Assembly: GCF_000284455.1 (NCBI RefSeq)
Contig: NC_017039.1
Location: forward strand, 300,001 to 332,000
DNA length: 32,000 nt
From: Synechocystis sp. PCC 6803 substr. PCC-P
GTDB taxonomy: Bacteria > Cyanobacteriota > Cyanobacteriia > Cyanobacteriales > Microcystaceae
Direction: 5' to 3'
Shown here: positions 9,419-19,095 of the stretch, piece after piece
Layout of the letters: each line of letters opens with the position of its first letter
Position numbering within the stretch: the stretch's first letter is position 1
Translations under genes and position numbers: made by a program
Notes under the pieces: model-generated
The model's database searches: none
The model's input: only the letters and a program-made list of their open reading frames with translations
What the model was told of the DNA's origin: nothing

Positions 9419-9648
9419 TGATAAAGACAAATAGCAACCCCCAAAATCTCCAATTACAACGTCGATTTTGACGCAGTTTTGTGGTTAATTTAAAACAAAT
9501 TAAGGCAAGACTGAGGGTCCCATATTCTTGGACAATAGCATAATGCTTGACGGTAGTTGCTAGAATTTGTCTAGGGGTAAGGGAGACTCCTTTACCACCG
9601 TCCTTCCGTTGAACAGGTCAAACTTTTTATCCCGTCCCTGAGAGGTCA

Positions 9649-12171
9649 ATGTCATCCCCCCAAGTCCCCACAGTTTTTGCCATTGACGATAGCCCTTTGA
9701 ATCTTAAAATTCTCCAGCGTTTTCTGGAAAAACAAGGCTGGAAAGTGTTCATAGCGGAGGATGGATTAACAGCCATTACTGAGATCAACCAAGTGCAACC
9801 GGACATAATTGTTTTGGATATTATGATGCCCGGTATAGATGGCTTTGAAGTTTGTCGTCGTCTCAAAGCGGCTCCAGCCACAGCGGAAATTCCGATCATT
9901 TTTCTTTCTGCCCTCACCGATCAAAAAAGCATTGTCAAAGGATTAGAATTGGGGGCAGTGGACTACATCCACAAACCATTTCAGCAAGAGGAAATTATCA
10001 CCCGTTTACAACTACAACTCAAGTTACATCAAACAAACCAAGCTCTGCTGCAAAAGAATCAACAATTAGAAGAACAAATTGAAAAAACAGCCCGGACCCA
10101 AGCGGCATTAATGCAGTCGGAAATCAACTTTGCCGTTGCCTTTAACCAAAGTCCTGACCCCATTTTTATTTACGGCCGTAATAGCGGCTGTATTATGGAT
10201 GTTAATCAGCCATTTTGTCAATTTTTTGGCTTGACCAAACAGGAATTGGTGGGAGTGAGTCGTCAGCAGTTTTACTTTTGGGTAGATGAACAACAAAGAC
10301 AAAGTTTTTTAAGGGATTTATTGCTATGGCAAAAAGATGGCCTGGTTAAGTTTGAAAATCGGGAAATTGAAGTCTATGACCAGGAAAAACAAGTCCGGAC
10401 AATGTTGCTATCCGGGGAGCCGATGGAATTTAATCGGGTAGATTGTTTACTGTTTGTCATGCGCGATATTACCGAACGCAGAAAAGCCGAAAAACAACTC
10501 AAAATTCTCTCCCAAGCCTGCGAACAAAGTCCTGCTTCCATTGTTATTACCGATGTTCAGGGCAATATTACCTATGTCAATCCTAAGTTTGAAGAAATTT
10601 CTGGTTATAAATCAGCAGAAGTGCTGGGCAGAAATCCCAGAATTTTAAAATCCGGCAATAAAACCCAAGAAGATTATGAATTAATGTGGAAAACCTTGGC
10701 CTCCGGTCGTAATTGGCACGGGGAATTTCATAACCGTAGAAAAAATGGGGAATTATATTGGGAAAGGGCGTCCATTTCCCCCATTTCTAATCAGCAGGGT
10801 ATTGTCACCCATTATGTAGCAGTCAAAGAAGATATTACCAAGGAAAAACAACAAGCGGAGGCTCTTTTTCACCAAGCCCATTATGACCATTTAACCGGTT
10901 TACCCAACCGCATTTTAGCCAAGGATCGGCTCCAACAAGCCATCGAGTCGGCCCTACGCCAGAAACATATATTTGGTTTAATGTTTTTGGATTTGGATAA
11001 TTTTAAAAAAGTGAATGATACCCTCGGCCACGATGCGGGGGATCAACTTCTAGTGGAAGTTTCGGAACGATTACAACGGGCTTTGCGACAGACAGATACC
11101 GTTGCTCGCTTGGGGGGGGATGAATTTTTAATCATTTTAGATCAGGTTTCCCATAGCCGTAAGTTAATGGCGATCGCCCAACGGTTATTAAGGGTGATGC
11201 GGCAGCCGGTCAATTTGCAAGGTCTGGAATTTTTTGTCCATGGCAGCATTGGCATTACCGTTTTTCCCGACGATGGTTTCCATGCTGATGTCTTGCTGCG
11301 GAATGCGGATACGGCCATGTATGCGGCCAAGCTAGCGGGGCGGAATATGTTTCGTTTTTTCACCCCCCATATGAACCAGGCAGCCCAACAGAGAATGGCA
11401 ATAGAGTCGGAATTGCGCCAGGGTTTATCCCGCCAGGAATTCCAAATTTTATATCAGCCCATTGTCAGTTTGGAGTCGGGGCAAATTGTCGGGGCGGAAG
11501 CGTTGATGCGTTGGCATAATCGACTGCTGGGTACAGTGCCGCCGGATCAGTTTATTCCCATTGCAGAGGAGGTGGGTTTGATTGTGGAGTTGGGGGAATG
11601 GTTACTAGATAATGTCTGTTGCCAGGCAGCCCATTGGCATAGCGCCTTGGGGGAGCAAACTTTTTGGGTGTCGGTGAATGTTTCCCCCCGGCAGTTAAAA
11701 GATAGTTATTTTGTTGCTATTTTGCAGGGATTCTTACAACGGTATCAGGTGCGACCGGAATGGTTAGAGCTGGAAATTACAGAAAATTTAATCCTGGAAG
11801 AAAATGGCGACCTACTGAAAAATTTAAGTGATTTAGAAGAAGAAAATATTGCCCTTTCCCTGGATGATTTTGGTACTGGTTACAGTTCGTTAAACTATCT
11901 GCGTAAATTTAACTTTAATTCCCTCAAAATTGATCGCTCCTTTGTAGAATTGTTGCCCCATGATAATAATACTGTGGGGTTGGTGCGGGCCATTATTGCC
12001 ATGGCCCACCATCTAGAGCTAAAAGTGATTGCTGAGGGCATTGAAACCCCAGAACAGTGGAATTTTCTTCGTCTCCAAGGCTGTGATTATGGCCAAGGTT
12101 ATCTATTCAGTCCGGCGATCGCCGTGGAGGAATGGGAAAGCCTGGGGCAGAAGCCACCGTTCTTCCCCTGA
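9649..12171 (+). CDS. Response regulator with REC-PAS-PAS-GGDEF-EAL architecture (c-di-GMP metabolism)
   Basis: REC: DDS..., LDIMMPG, LSA, KPF. PAS-type segments with MRDITERRKAEKQLK and VAVKEDITKEKQQ. RQTDTVARLGGDEF. EALMRW, ELEITENLI, DDFGTGYSSL, LKIDRSF, AEGIET. Confidence 0.95.
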   Translation: MSSPQVPTVFAIDDSPLNLKILQRFLEKQGWKVFIAEDGLTAITEINQVQPDIIVLDIMMPGIDGFEVCRRLKAAPATAEIPIIFLSALTDQKSIVKGLELGAVDYIHKPFQQEEIITRLQLQLKLHQTNQALLQKNQQLEEQIEKTARTQAALMQSEINFAVAFNQSPDPIFIYGRNSGCIMDVNQPFCQFFGLTKQELVGVSRQQFYFWVDEQQRQSFLRDLLLWQKDGLVKFENREIEVYDQEKQVRTMLLSGEPMEFNRVDCLLFVMRDITERRKAEKQLKILSQACEQSPASIVITDVQGNITYVNPKFEEISGYKSAEVLGRNPRILKSGNKTQEDYELMWKTLASGRNWHGEFHNRRKNGELYWERASISPISNQQGIVTHYVAVKEDITKEKQQAEALFHQAHYDHLTGLPNRILAKDRLQQAIESALRQKHIFGLMFLDLDNFKKVNDTLGHDAGDQLLVEVSERLQRALRQTDTVARLGGDEFLIILDQVSHSRKLMAIAQRLLRVMRQPVNLQGLEFFVHGSIGITVFPDDGFHADVLLRNADTAMYAAKLAGRNMFRFFTPHMNQAAQQRMAIESELRQGLSRQEFQILYQPIVSLESGQIVGAEALMRWHNRLLGTVPPDQFIPIAEEVGLIVELGEWLLDNVCCQAAHWHSALGEQTFWVSVNVSPRQLKDSYFVAILQGFLQRYQVRPEWLELEITENLILEENGDLLKNLSDLEEENIALSLDDFGTGYSSLNYLRKFNFNSLKIDRSFVELLPHDNNTVGLVRAIIAMAHHLELKVIAEGIETPEQWNFLRLQGCDYGQGYLFSPAIAVEEWESLGQKPPFFP

Positions 12172-12257
12172 TTCCGGTAGGATGGGATTAGCCAAAATCC
12201 AGGTTAGTTTTCTGGGTTATTCGGCCTAGTTGGATTAGCTTGAAGGGAAGGGATGCA

Positions 12258-13715
12258 ATGGGGCAACCAGGTCTAACAATGGGGTTTAAGACTGTGTTTA
12301 AAAAGCCCCTCGTGATGGGGGGAATTGGCCTGTCAGTCCTACTGGGGCTTTGGTCCACCACCCACAGTGCCGAACAACCATGGGACCAATGGGGTTTATG
12401 GGCTTTATCCGGTCTGGGATTGGTTATCTGGCGGTGGCGGCGGCGTCATCATGCTCCTCCTGAGCAGAAACAGATGTTAACTCCAGAGGTTCTGCAAAAG
12501 GTGATCGCCCAGGGGGAAAAGTTATTGGCCCGCCGTCAGGCCCAGGCACCGGATTTGGTTCTGGAAGATTTGGCCCAGGAACTGCAAGCATTACAAAAAC
12601 CAGCCCCCCCACCCCAAGCATTAAACGGTATTGTCCTAGGGGAAAAACGCAGTGGCAAAACCAGCTTATTGGACCTATTGCCGTCCCGGTTGACCCCAGG
12701 GGAAGGAGAAAAACCATTAATTTTGAATTGGCAAGTGGTGGCAGCGGAAACTCCCCCGGAAACCATGGCCCAGTCAATGACGGAAGCCCATTGGGTCCTA
12801 GTCCTAGCCACCGGAGATTTGACCAGCTCCCAGTGGCAGGTGTTGGAGTTTTTGCAAACCCACCATCACCATTGGCAATTGTTATTTAATAAGCAGGATA
12901 TTTACCCGATCGGCGATCGCCAAATCCTCTGGGATCAATTGCAGCATCAGGTGAATCAATTGGGTAACGCCAACCCGGTTATTCCCATTAGCGCCGCCCC
13001 CCAACCGATCCAAATCCGTCGTTATTTGGCCGATGGAGAATGGGAAATCGACCAGGAAACTCCTCCCCCCGACCTGGGGAATTTGCTGTCCCAACTGCAA
13101 CAACAGGCCACAGAGCAGTGGGAATCCCTGGTTTTGGGTCAACAATGGCGTCGATGCCAGGCCATTAACCAACAGGTGGAGCAACGGTGGCGAGAAAATC
13201 GCCGCACCCTAGCCATTCCCCTAGTGGAACAGGCCCAATGGTTAGCCGCTGGCACCGCCTTGTTTAATCCCGTGGCTAATTTAGATCTGCTGACGGCGAT
13301 CGCCATCAATGGTCAACTGGTCTGGGACTTGGGGGAACTGTACCATCAAAAAATTTCCCTGGCCCAGGCCCAAACAGTCGCCAAAGAGATGGGAACAATC
13401 CTGATCAAATTAGGTATGGTGGAACTATCTACCCAAGCTCTGGGAGCATTGCTAAAAAGTCAGCCCCTCACTTACTTGGCCGGTGGTGCCCTCCAAGGAT
13501 TAAGCGCCGCTTACTTGACTCGCATTGCTGGTTTGAGTTTAATCACTTTCCTGGAAAGTCAAGATCCCGACCTCAGTGAACCCCAATGGGATTGGCAAAA
13601 ATTGACCGCAGTGGTCAAACAGACCTTTGAGCAAAATCAGCGTCGGGCCGTATTGCAAGGATTTTTCCAGCGAGCCCGACAACAATTAAGTCCAGCCTCC
13701 CCAACTATTGCCTAG
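12258..13715 (+). CDS. Predicted P-loop GTPase with C-terminal hydrophobic DUF697-like region
   Basis: Track start 12240 is TTG; the ATG at 12258 is favoured. Walker A GEKRSGKTS, NKQD (G4-like), N-terminal TM segments, C-terminal segment DLLTAIAINGQLVWDLGELY. Confidence 0.8.
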   Translation: MGQPGLTMGFKTVFKKPLVMGGIGLSVLLGLWSTTHSAEQPWDQWGLWALSGLGLVIWRWRRRHHAPPEQKQMLTPEVLQKVIAQGEKLLARRQAQAPDLVLEDLAQELQALQKPAPPPQALNGIVLGEKRSGKTSLLDLLPSRLTPGEGEKPLILNWQVVAAETPPETMAQSMTEAHWVLVLATGDLTSSQWQVLEFLQTHHHHWQLLFNKQDIYPIGDRQILWDQLQHQVNQLGNANPVIPISAAPQPIQIRRYLADGEWEIDQETPPPDLGNLLSQLQQQATEQWESLVLGQQWRRCQAINQQVEQRWRENRRTLAIPLVEQAQWLAAGTALFNPVANLDLLTAIAINGQLVWDLGELYHQKISLAQAQTVAKEMGTILIKLGMVELSTQALGALLKSQPLTYLAGGALQGLSAAYLTRIAGLSLITFLESQDPDLSEPQWDWQKLTAVVKQTFEQNQRRAVLQGFFQRARQQLSPASPTIA

Positions 13716-14199
13716 TTAACTGGTTAATAATCTCGGCGGAGCGGGGGTAGAGCTTGAGCAAATCTTCCCGATTGGCCAACTCAAAATCCTGAAAATCGAA
13801 TCCAGGGGCAACGGTGCAACCCACTAGGGCATAATCTCCGCCGTTTTTAACCCGAGAAGCAAACCAACCATCCTTGAGAACCACCGCTTGGGGCACTTCT
13901 CCTTTTTCCAAATCCAAGCCCAGGCTGATCACCTCCAGCTCTCCCTGGGGAGAAAACCAGTAAATTTCCAAGCTATCACCGGCATAGAAATGCCACATTT
14001 CATCGGATTTAATCCTGTGGAAAGCGGAAAAGTTGTCCTTGGTCATCAAAAAATAAATTCCGGTAACTACATTTCTACTGCCGTCAAATCCTGCAAAATT
14101 TGCCTCTACTGGCGATCGATAGGTTTCCTTATAAAATCCCCCTTCAGGATGGGGGAGTAGCTCCAACTTTTCTACCCAATAATTAATTTCTTTTTTCAT
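13705..14199 (-). CDS. Cupin-fold protein, DUF985 family
   Basis: KLELLPHPEGGFYKETYR, TGIYFLM, FSAFHRIKSDEMWHFYAGDSLEIYW, GCTVAPGFDFQDFELA: typical DUF985 pattern. Confidence 0.88.
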   Translation of the reverse strand: MKKEINYWVEKLELLPHPEGGFYKETYRSPVEANFAGFDGSRNVVTGIYFLMTKDNFSAFHRIKSDEMWHFYAGDSLEIYWFSPQGELEVISLGLDLEKGEVPQAVVLKDGWFASRVKNGGDYALVGCTVAPGFDFQDFELANREDLLKLYPRSAEIINQLTRQ

Positions 14200-14254
14200 A
14201 AAATTTCTCCTAGATTAGAGTATTTAATTAAGCCTGTTAATTTGCCGAATTAAG

Positions 14255-15106
14255 TTAATTTTTTACCAATTTTCGCTCCGACCAGTCCGGTAAATTTTTC
14301 TGCAGAAGATATAACCAGACAATTCCCGCTGTTCCCAATAAAACTAGGGTGATGCTAACAACCTGAGCTATTCTCAGAGGACCAAGCATCAAACTATCTA
14401 ATCTTAAACCTTCAATCCACACTCGACCGAGGCTATAACCAATCAAATAAACACAGGTTATGGTCCCAGTTTTGATTTTTTCTGGATTTCTTAGTCCATA
14501 AAAAAATAGGGCTATCAAGATTGCAAAAATTCCTAGGTTCCAGACTGATTCGTATAAAAAAGTAGGATGGAAATAGGCATAGCTGGTCAGATTTAGCGGA
14601 CGATTAGCAAAGGGAATATAGAGCTTCCAAGGCAAATTAGTGGGGGCACCAAAAGCTTCGGAGTTAAAAAAGTTGCCCCACCGACCGATCGCCTGGCCGA
14701 GAATAACCGCCGGGGTGAGTACATCCAGCAAATTCCAGAAAGATAACTGATGGTAGCGACTGAAAACAAGAATGGCGATCGTTCCCCCAATCAAGGCCCC
14801 ATGGATAGCAATGCCCCCTTGCCAAATGGCAAAAATATTTAACCAATGCTGGGCATAGCGGGGCCACTCAAAGGCGACGTAATATAGGCGAGCAGAAGGG
14901 ATGGCCGCCACCACTAACCAAATGACTAAATCGTTGAATAAATCCGGGTTAATGCCCCGTTTTTGCCCCAACCATTGACAGAGATTCAAACCAATAATGA
15001 CAGCACTGGCAATCAAAAATCCGTACCAACGCAGGGCAAAACCCCCTATCTGGAACATCACCGGCCCGGGGGACTGAAATTGTCCGAAAAATATTTGCTC
15101 AATCAT
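14255..15106 (-). CDS. lgt: Prolipoprotein diacylglyceryl transferase
   Basis: Track start 15130; the ATG at 15106 ([13 protein letters not shown]...) is likelier. FALRWYG-type motif, [60 protein letters not shown]. Confidence 0.96.
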   Translation of the reverse strand: MIEQIFFGQFQSPGPVMFQIGGFALRWYGFLIASAVIIGLNLCQWLGQKRGINPDLFNDLVIWLVVAAIPSARLYYVAFEWPRYAQHWLNIFAIWQGGIAIHGALIGGTIAILVFSRYHQLSFWNLLDVLTPAVILGQAIGRWGNFFNSEAFGAPTNLPWKLYIPFANRPLNLTSYAYFHPTFLYESVWNLGIFAILIALFFYGLRNPEKIKTGTITCVYLIGYSLGRVWIEGLRLDSLMLGPLRIAQVVSITLVLLGTAGIVWLYLLQKNLPDWSERKLVKN

Positions 15107-15133
15107 TAATCTTCCTTCGGCGATCGCCAACCT

Positions 15134-15784
15134 CTAATTCTTAGCATCAATGTGGGATTTTACCCAAATGCGAAAAGCCTTGATGGTTTTGTTGCGGCCT
15201 TCCTGGTCAATGCGTTGTAGATAGGCGGGAATAATTTCCCTGAGATCAAAATCAGGAAAAATCGAGCTAACTTCCCTTTGGCGGTATTCCCCTTGTTCTA
15301 GGCAGTGAATTTCCAATTGTCTGCGTTTAAAACGCCACACTTCCGGCACCCCTAATTGGGCATAAATATCTAAATGGGTACGGGAAGTTAGATCCACTTC
15401 GAGAGCTAAATCCGGTGGAGGATCAATGGTGGTATCCCAACGTTTTAAACCCCGCACTTTCGCTTCATTTTGAATATAAAAACAGCTATCTGGCTCTAAA
15501 CCCAGACCGAGAAACTTATTTTTAAAAGTTGTTGAACCCAAGGGGGAAAATTCAATGTCTAGCTCCTCTAACAAAGCTTTGACTAAGTCGCCCACTAGTT
15601 CTTTATCAATTTCGTGTTCAGGCAGGGGAGCCATAATTTCTAGTTGTTGACCATAGTAAGCAATGCGGGAACTGCGATGTTCACCGAGTTCTTCCAGCAA
15701 AGCTTCAAATTCGTCCCAATCCACATCCCGCAAAACCAAGGTCTGGCCGGGAAGCACACTGATGCGGTCTAGGGCTAGCAACAT
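15134..15784 (-). CDS. Uma2/DUF820 family putative restriction-endonuclease-fold protein
   Basis: Track start 15802 is TTG; ATG at 15784. LEPDSCFYI, PPPDLALEVDLTSRTHLDIYAQLGVPEVWRF. Confidence 0.87.
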   Translation of the reverse strand: MLLALDRISVLPGQTLVLRDVDWDEFEALLEELGEHRSSRIAYYGQQLEIMAPLPEHEIDKELVGDLVKALLEELDIEFSPLGSTTFKNKFLGLGLEPDSCFYIQNEAKVRGLKRWDTTIDPPPDLALEVDLTSRTHLDIYAQLGVPEVWRFKRRQLEIHCLEQGEYRQREVSSIFPDFDLREIIPAYLQRIDQEGRNKTIKAFRIWVKSHIDAKN

Positions 15785-15881
15785 GGCTCTTCTTCCTCGC
15801 AATATGGCTAGTTTCCATTATGGCCCCTCTACCAAAGAGCAGGATTAATCCCCAGCCTAAGGCAGAAGTGAATAGAGAGAA

Positions 15882-16904
15882 CTAACTATTAACCCAGTCC
15901 TGGGGAACTAAGAATTTTTCCGTTAATTCCGCCTCGGGACTACCGGCTTCGGGACTGTAGCAATATTGCCAACGTACTAAGGGAGGTAAAGACATCAAAA
16001 TGGACTCAGTGCGGCCATTGGTTTGCAAACCGAAAATGGTGCCCCGGTCATAGACCAAGTTAAATTCCACATACCGACCCCGGCGATATAACTGGAACTG
16101 CCGTTGGCGATCGCCATATTCAGTATTGCGACGTTTTTCCACAATGGGACTGTAAGCAGGTAAAAAGGCCCGACCACAGCGTTGGGCAAAACTAAATAAA
16201 TCCTCCCAACCCAGGGGTTCAATGGGGGCTAATTGGTTGCTGTACTGGGCCGCCGGGCCATTGGGGTCAGGGCCACGGTACAGGGGAGCATTGCCATCTT
16301 GGTAATCAAAAAAGATGCCGCCAATACCCCGCATTTCCTGGCGATGTTTGAGGTAAAAATACTCGTCGCACCAGCGTTTAAATACCGGATAAAATTCCCC
16401 ATGGGTTTGGTCACAGGCATTTTTTAACGTGTGATGGAAATGGGCCGCATCTTCAGCAAAGGGATAGTAGGGAGTTAAATCGGCTCCACCTCCGAACCAC
16501 CACACCGGGCCTGCTTCAAAGTAGCGGTAATTAAGATGCACCGTGGGAATGTAGGGATTTTTTGGGTGCAACACCATGGAAGTGCCCGTGGCATAAAATT
16601 CGTGGCCTTCCGCTTCGGGGCGTTGCTTCAAAATTGAAGGAGGTAGGGATTTGCCCCAGACTTCGGAAAAATTGACTCCGCCCTGTTCCAAAAAATCTCC
16701 GTCCGCCAACACCCGGGAACGGCCACCGCCCCCTTCTTCCCGTTGCCAACTATCTTCCTGGAATTTGCCCTTGCCATCCAAGGCCTCTAGACCCTGACAA
16801 ATTTCGTCTTGAAGAGTTTGCATAAATTGGCTGACCCGCTGTTTAGCGTCCGCCGGGGGCAAGGAATGATTAGTTTGGGGCTGGGTTGTGGGAGAGACGG
16901 TCAT
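15882..16904 (-). CDS. hemF: Oxygen-dependent coproporphyrinogen III oxidase
   Basis: [83 protein letters not shown]. Confidence 0.98.
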   Translation of the reverse strand: MTVSPTTQPQTNHSLPPADAKQRVSQFMQTLQDEICQGLEALDGKGKFQEDSWQREEGGGGRSRVLADGDFLEQGGVNFSEVWGKSLPPSILKQRPEAEGHEFYATGTSMVLHPKNPYIPTVHLNYRYFEAGPVWWFGGGADLTPYYPFAEDAAHFHHTLKNACDQTHGEFYPVFKRWCDEYFYLKHRQEMRGIGGIFFDYQDGNAPLYRGPDPNGPAAQYSNQLAPIEPLGWEDLFSFAQRCGRAFLPAYSPIVEKRRNTEYGDRQRQFQLYRRGRYVEFNLVYDRGTIFGLQTNGRTESILMSLPPLVRWQYCYSPEAGSPEAELTEKFLVPQDWVNS

Positions 16905-17126
16905 GGTGGAGATTGTTAAAAAAAGATGAATGAAAAATCTGAAATTATCCTAGAGTCCGCCAATCAATCTTGGGGAATTTTGGGTCTGATCCATCCCAAT
17001 AATTGCGAGACTAGGAGATCGGCTTAAATAAGCTCTAAACAGACGGAGAAAAACTGGCAACTCTAGGTTGATTCGATTCCCTAAAATCACCAGTTTTTCC
17101 TGGATAAGTTGTCACGCTAGGTAAAT

Positions 17127-17849
17127 CTAGCCTTCGGAGGTGGCGAGGCCAACTTCGGTGCTGCCTTGACTGCGGCGACGGGTGAGGCTGTTGAACACCA
17201 TAATGCCGATCGCCTTGATCAGGTTGCCTTCAAGTTCGTTGAACATTTTCATGTTCATGGCAAAGGCGTCATTGGCTTCATCCACAATCCGTTCGGCGGT
17301 GGCTTGGTCAATGGGCAGATCATTCATAGCTTGACGGTAGGTATTTTTAAAAGCCTTTTCGTCATCAATGTCGGCAAATTCATAGAAAGCTGTGCCACCA
17401 TCGTGGAGATTCATGGCATTTTGGGCAATTTTCTTGAGAATTTGACCGCCGGAAAGATCCCCCAGGTAACGGGTGTAGGAATGGGCCACCAACAATTCAG
17501 GGGCCGTAGCGGCCACTTGCCGGACTCGGTCCACATAGGCTTGGCCAGCGGCAGAAATTTTCACTTCTTGCCGCCAGTTGGAGCCGTAATAGAATTGCAG
17601 GTCTTGCTCTAGGCTTTGTTTGCGGTTGAGTTCGGGGAAGTAAATGTGGCTGAGGATGGGATGGTCCTTAAATTTTGCCATTTCCTCTTCCATGGCACTG
17701 TAGACAAAGTAGAGATTGCCAACCAGCTTACGGTAGGAATTTTTCTCGACAACGCCCTTGAGGAAGCATTTGACAAAGCCGACGTTCTCCGCCATGGAGT
17801 GGGATTTTTTCGTCCCTTCCCGCAACTGGGAAGCTAAGTTGACACTCAT
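17127..17849 (-). CDS. ho1: Heme oxygenase (biliverdin-forming)
   Basis: LREGTKKSHSMAENVGFVKCFLKGVV with proximal His, HSYTRYLGDLSGGQILKKIA distal helix motif, 240 aa. Confidence 0.97.
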   Translation of the reverse strand: MSVNLASQLREGTKKSHSMAENVGFVKCFLKGVVEKNSYRKLVGNLYFVYSAMEEEMAKFKDHPILSHIYFPELNRKQSLEQDLQFYYGSNWRQEVKISAAGQAYVDRVRQVAATAPELLVAHSYTRYLGDLSGGQILKKIAQNAMNLHDGGTAFYEFADIDDEKAFKNTYRQAMNDLPIDQATAERIVDEANDAFAMNMKMFNELEGNLIKAIGIMVFNSLTRRRSQGSTEVGLATSEG

Positions 17850-17983
17850 GCTAAAAATACCTGTATATCTTGGGTTGAATGAAAAATTGGCTTTTAACGA
17901 AGATAAAAATACGCCTAGTTTATTAGCCTAAACGGATTCGTTGAGTCGTACCATTAAGTTTTTTTAACGTCCTCCCTTTGGCC

Positions 17984-18571
17984 ATGACCTACACAACCCA
18001 GCAATTGCTAGAAATTTTGGAGCAGGAGCTAAGGGCAACTTGTCAGGGTAAACGAGTGCTCCTCTCCCCTGGCGATCGCCTGGACAATCCGATCATGGCT
18101 AAGGCTATCAACCTCGACCAAGTGGGGAAGGTGTTTGCCTATCAAGATTTTCGTGGGCAGATCCATGAATATCAAAGGCAACATAACGTTTCGGGGCTGG
18201 TGTGGCGGCAATGCCATTTCCGGGGGGAATCCATTCAGTTTCCCGAGTTGCACAACCAATTAATTGCCGTGGAAGGGGATAAGGAAAAATTAATGGCTGT
18301 TAAACAGGAAATATTGGCATTTTGGCAACGGCACACCCAGCAGTTAAATTATTGGCTTATTGCCCATCAGCACCGACCTCTACGGCGGGAATCTTTGGCG
18401 GAATTGTGGGAACAGGGGGAATGGGCTGAGTTAGACTCCACCCAACAGGAGCTTTTTCTCGGTATTTGCTGGGGTAATCCAGTGGAGTATCAATATCAAT
18501 GGGCTAAGCCCAATTCCGGTTGCCATCGCATTGTGGCCACCCCTGATCAGCCCAGCGGCATTAAGTTTTAA
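17984..18571 (+). CDS. Hypothetical protein, probably conserved in cyanobacteria
   Basis: ORF of about 195 aa with ATG at 17984 (track start 17978 is TTG), coding-like composition, no motif recognised. Confidence 0.7.
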   Translation: MTYTTQQLLEILEQELRATCQGKRVLLSPGDRLDNPIMAKAINLDQVGKVFAYQDFRGQIHEYQRQHNVSGLVWRQCHFRGESIQFPELHNQLIAVEGDKEKLMAVKQEILAFWQRHTQQLNYWLIAHQHRPLRRESLAELWEQGEWAELDSTQQELFLGICWGNPVEYQYQWAKPNSGCHRIVATPDQPSGIKF

Positions 18572-18616
18572 ACGATTTAGCCAGAGAATGGCGATCGCCC
18601 GCCCATAATCCTCTGA

Positions 18617-18653
18617 TATAGTGTTAGATCGGACTTTATCTGATCATAAGGAG
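18617..18653 (+). promoter_or_regulatory. Putative promoter -10 (TATAGT, 18617-18622) and RBS (AAGGAG, 18648-18653) for rpmB
   Basis: Direct motif match upstream of the ATG at 18661; no mapped start site available. Confidence 0.45.
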
Positions 18654-18660
18654 ATCTGCC

Positions 18661-18897
18661 ATGGCCCGTCGCTGTCAACTGACCGGGAAAAAAGCTAATA
18701 ACGGTTTTGCCGTATCTCACTCCCACCGTCGCACCAAGAAATTACAACAGGCAAATTTGCAATGGAAACGGGTTTGGTGGCCCGAAGGCAATCGCTTTGT
18801 CCGTCTGCGTCTTTCCACCACTGCCATTAAAACTTTGGAATCCAAAGGCATCAACGCCATGGCCAAGGAAGCGGGCATCAACTTGAATAAATTCTAG
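18661..18897 (+). CDS. rpmB: 50S ribosomal protein L28
   Basis: [63 protein letters not shown]. Confidence 0.98.
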
Positions 18898-19095
18898 AGC
18901 GATCGGCTGTAGTTTTTGTTGGTATCCCAGACAGCTTCCCATGGACAAATCCACAGAGGAGCAGAATCTTCGATATGGTTCCTGCTCCTTGCCATTGGGG
19001 GGTAAAACCACTGGGTTAACAGGGGACGATAATTTAACAGGAAGGTCAAGATAACGCAGAATGGAAAGGTGAACTTCTCGATGGAGTAACTTCCG

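Noticed and set aside
15134-15784. Uma2-family endonuclease-like gene as evidence of a restriction, defence or mobile element
   Set aside because: These genes are found in large numbers across cyanobacterial chromosomes. No methyltransferase, transposase or terminal repeats flank this copy.
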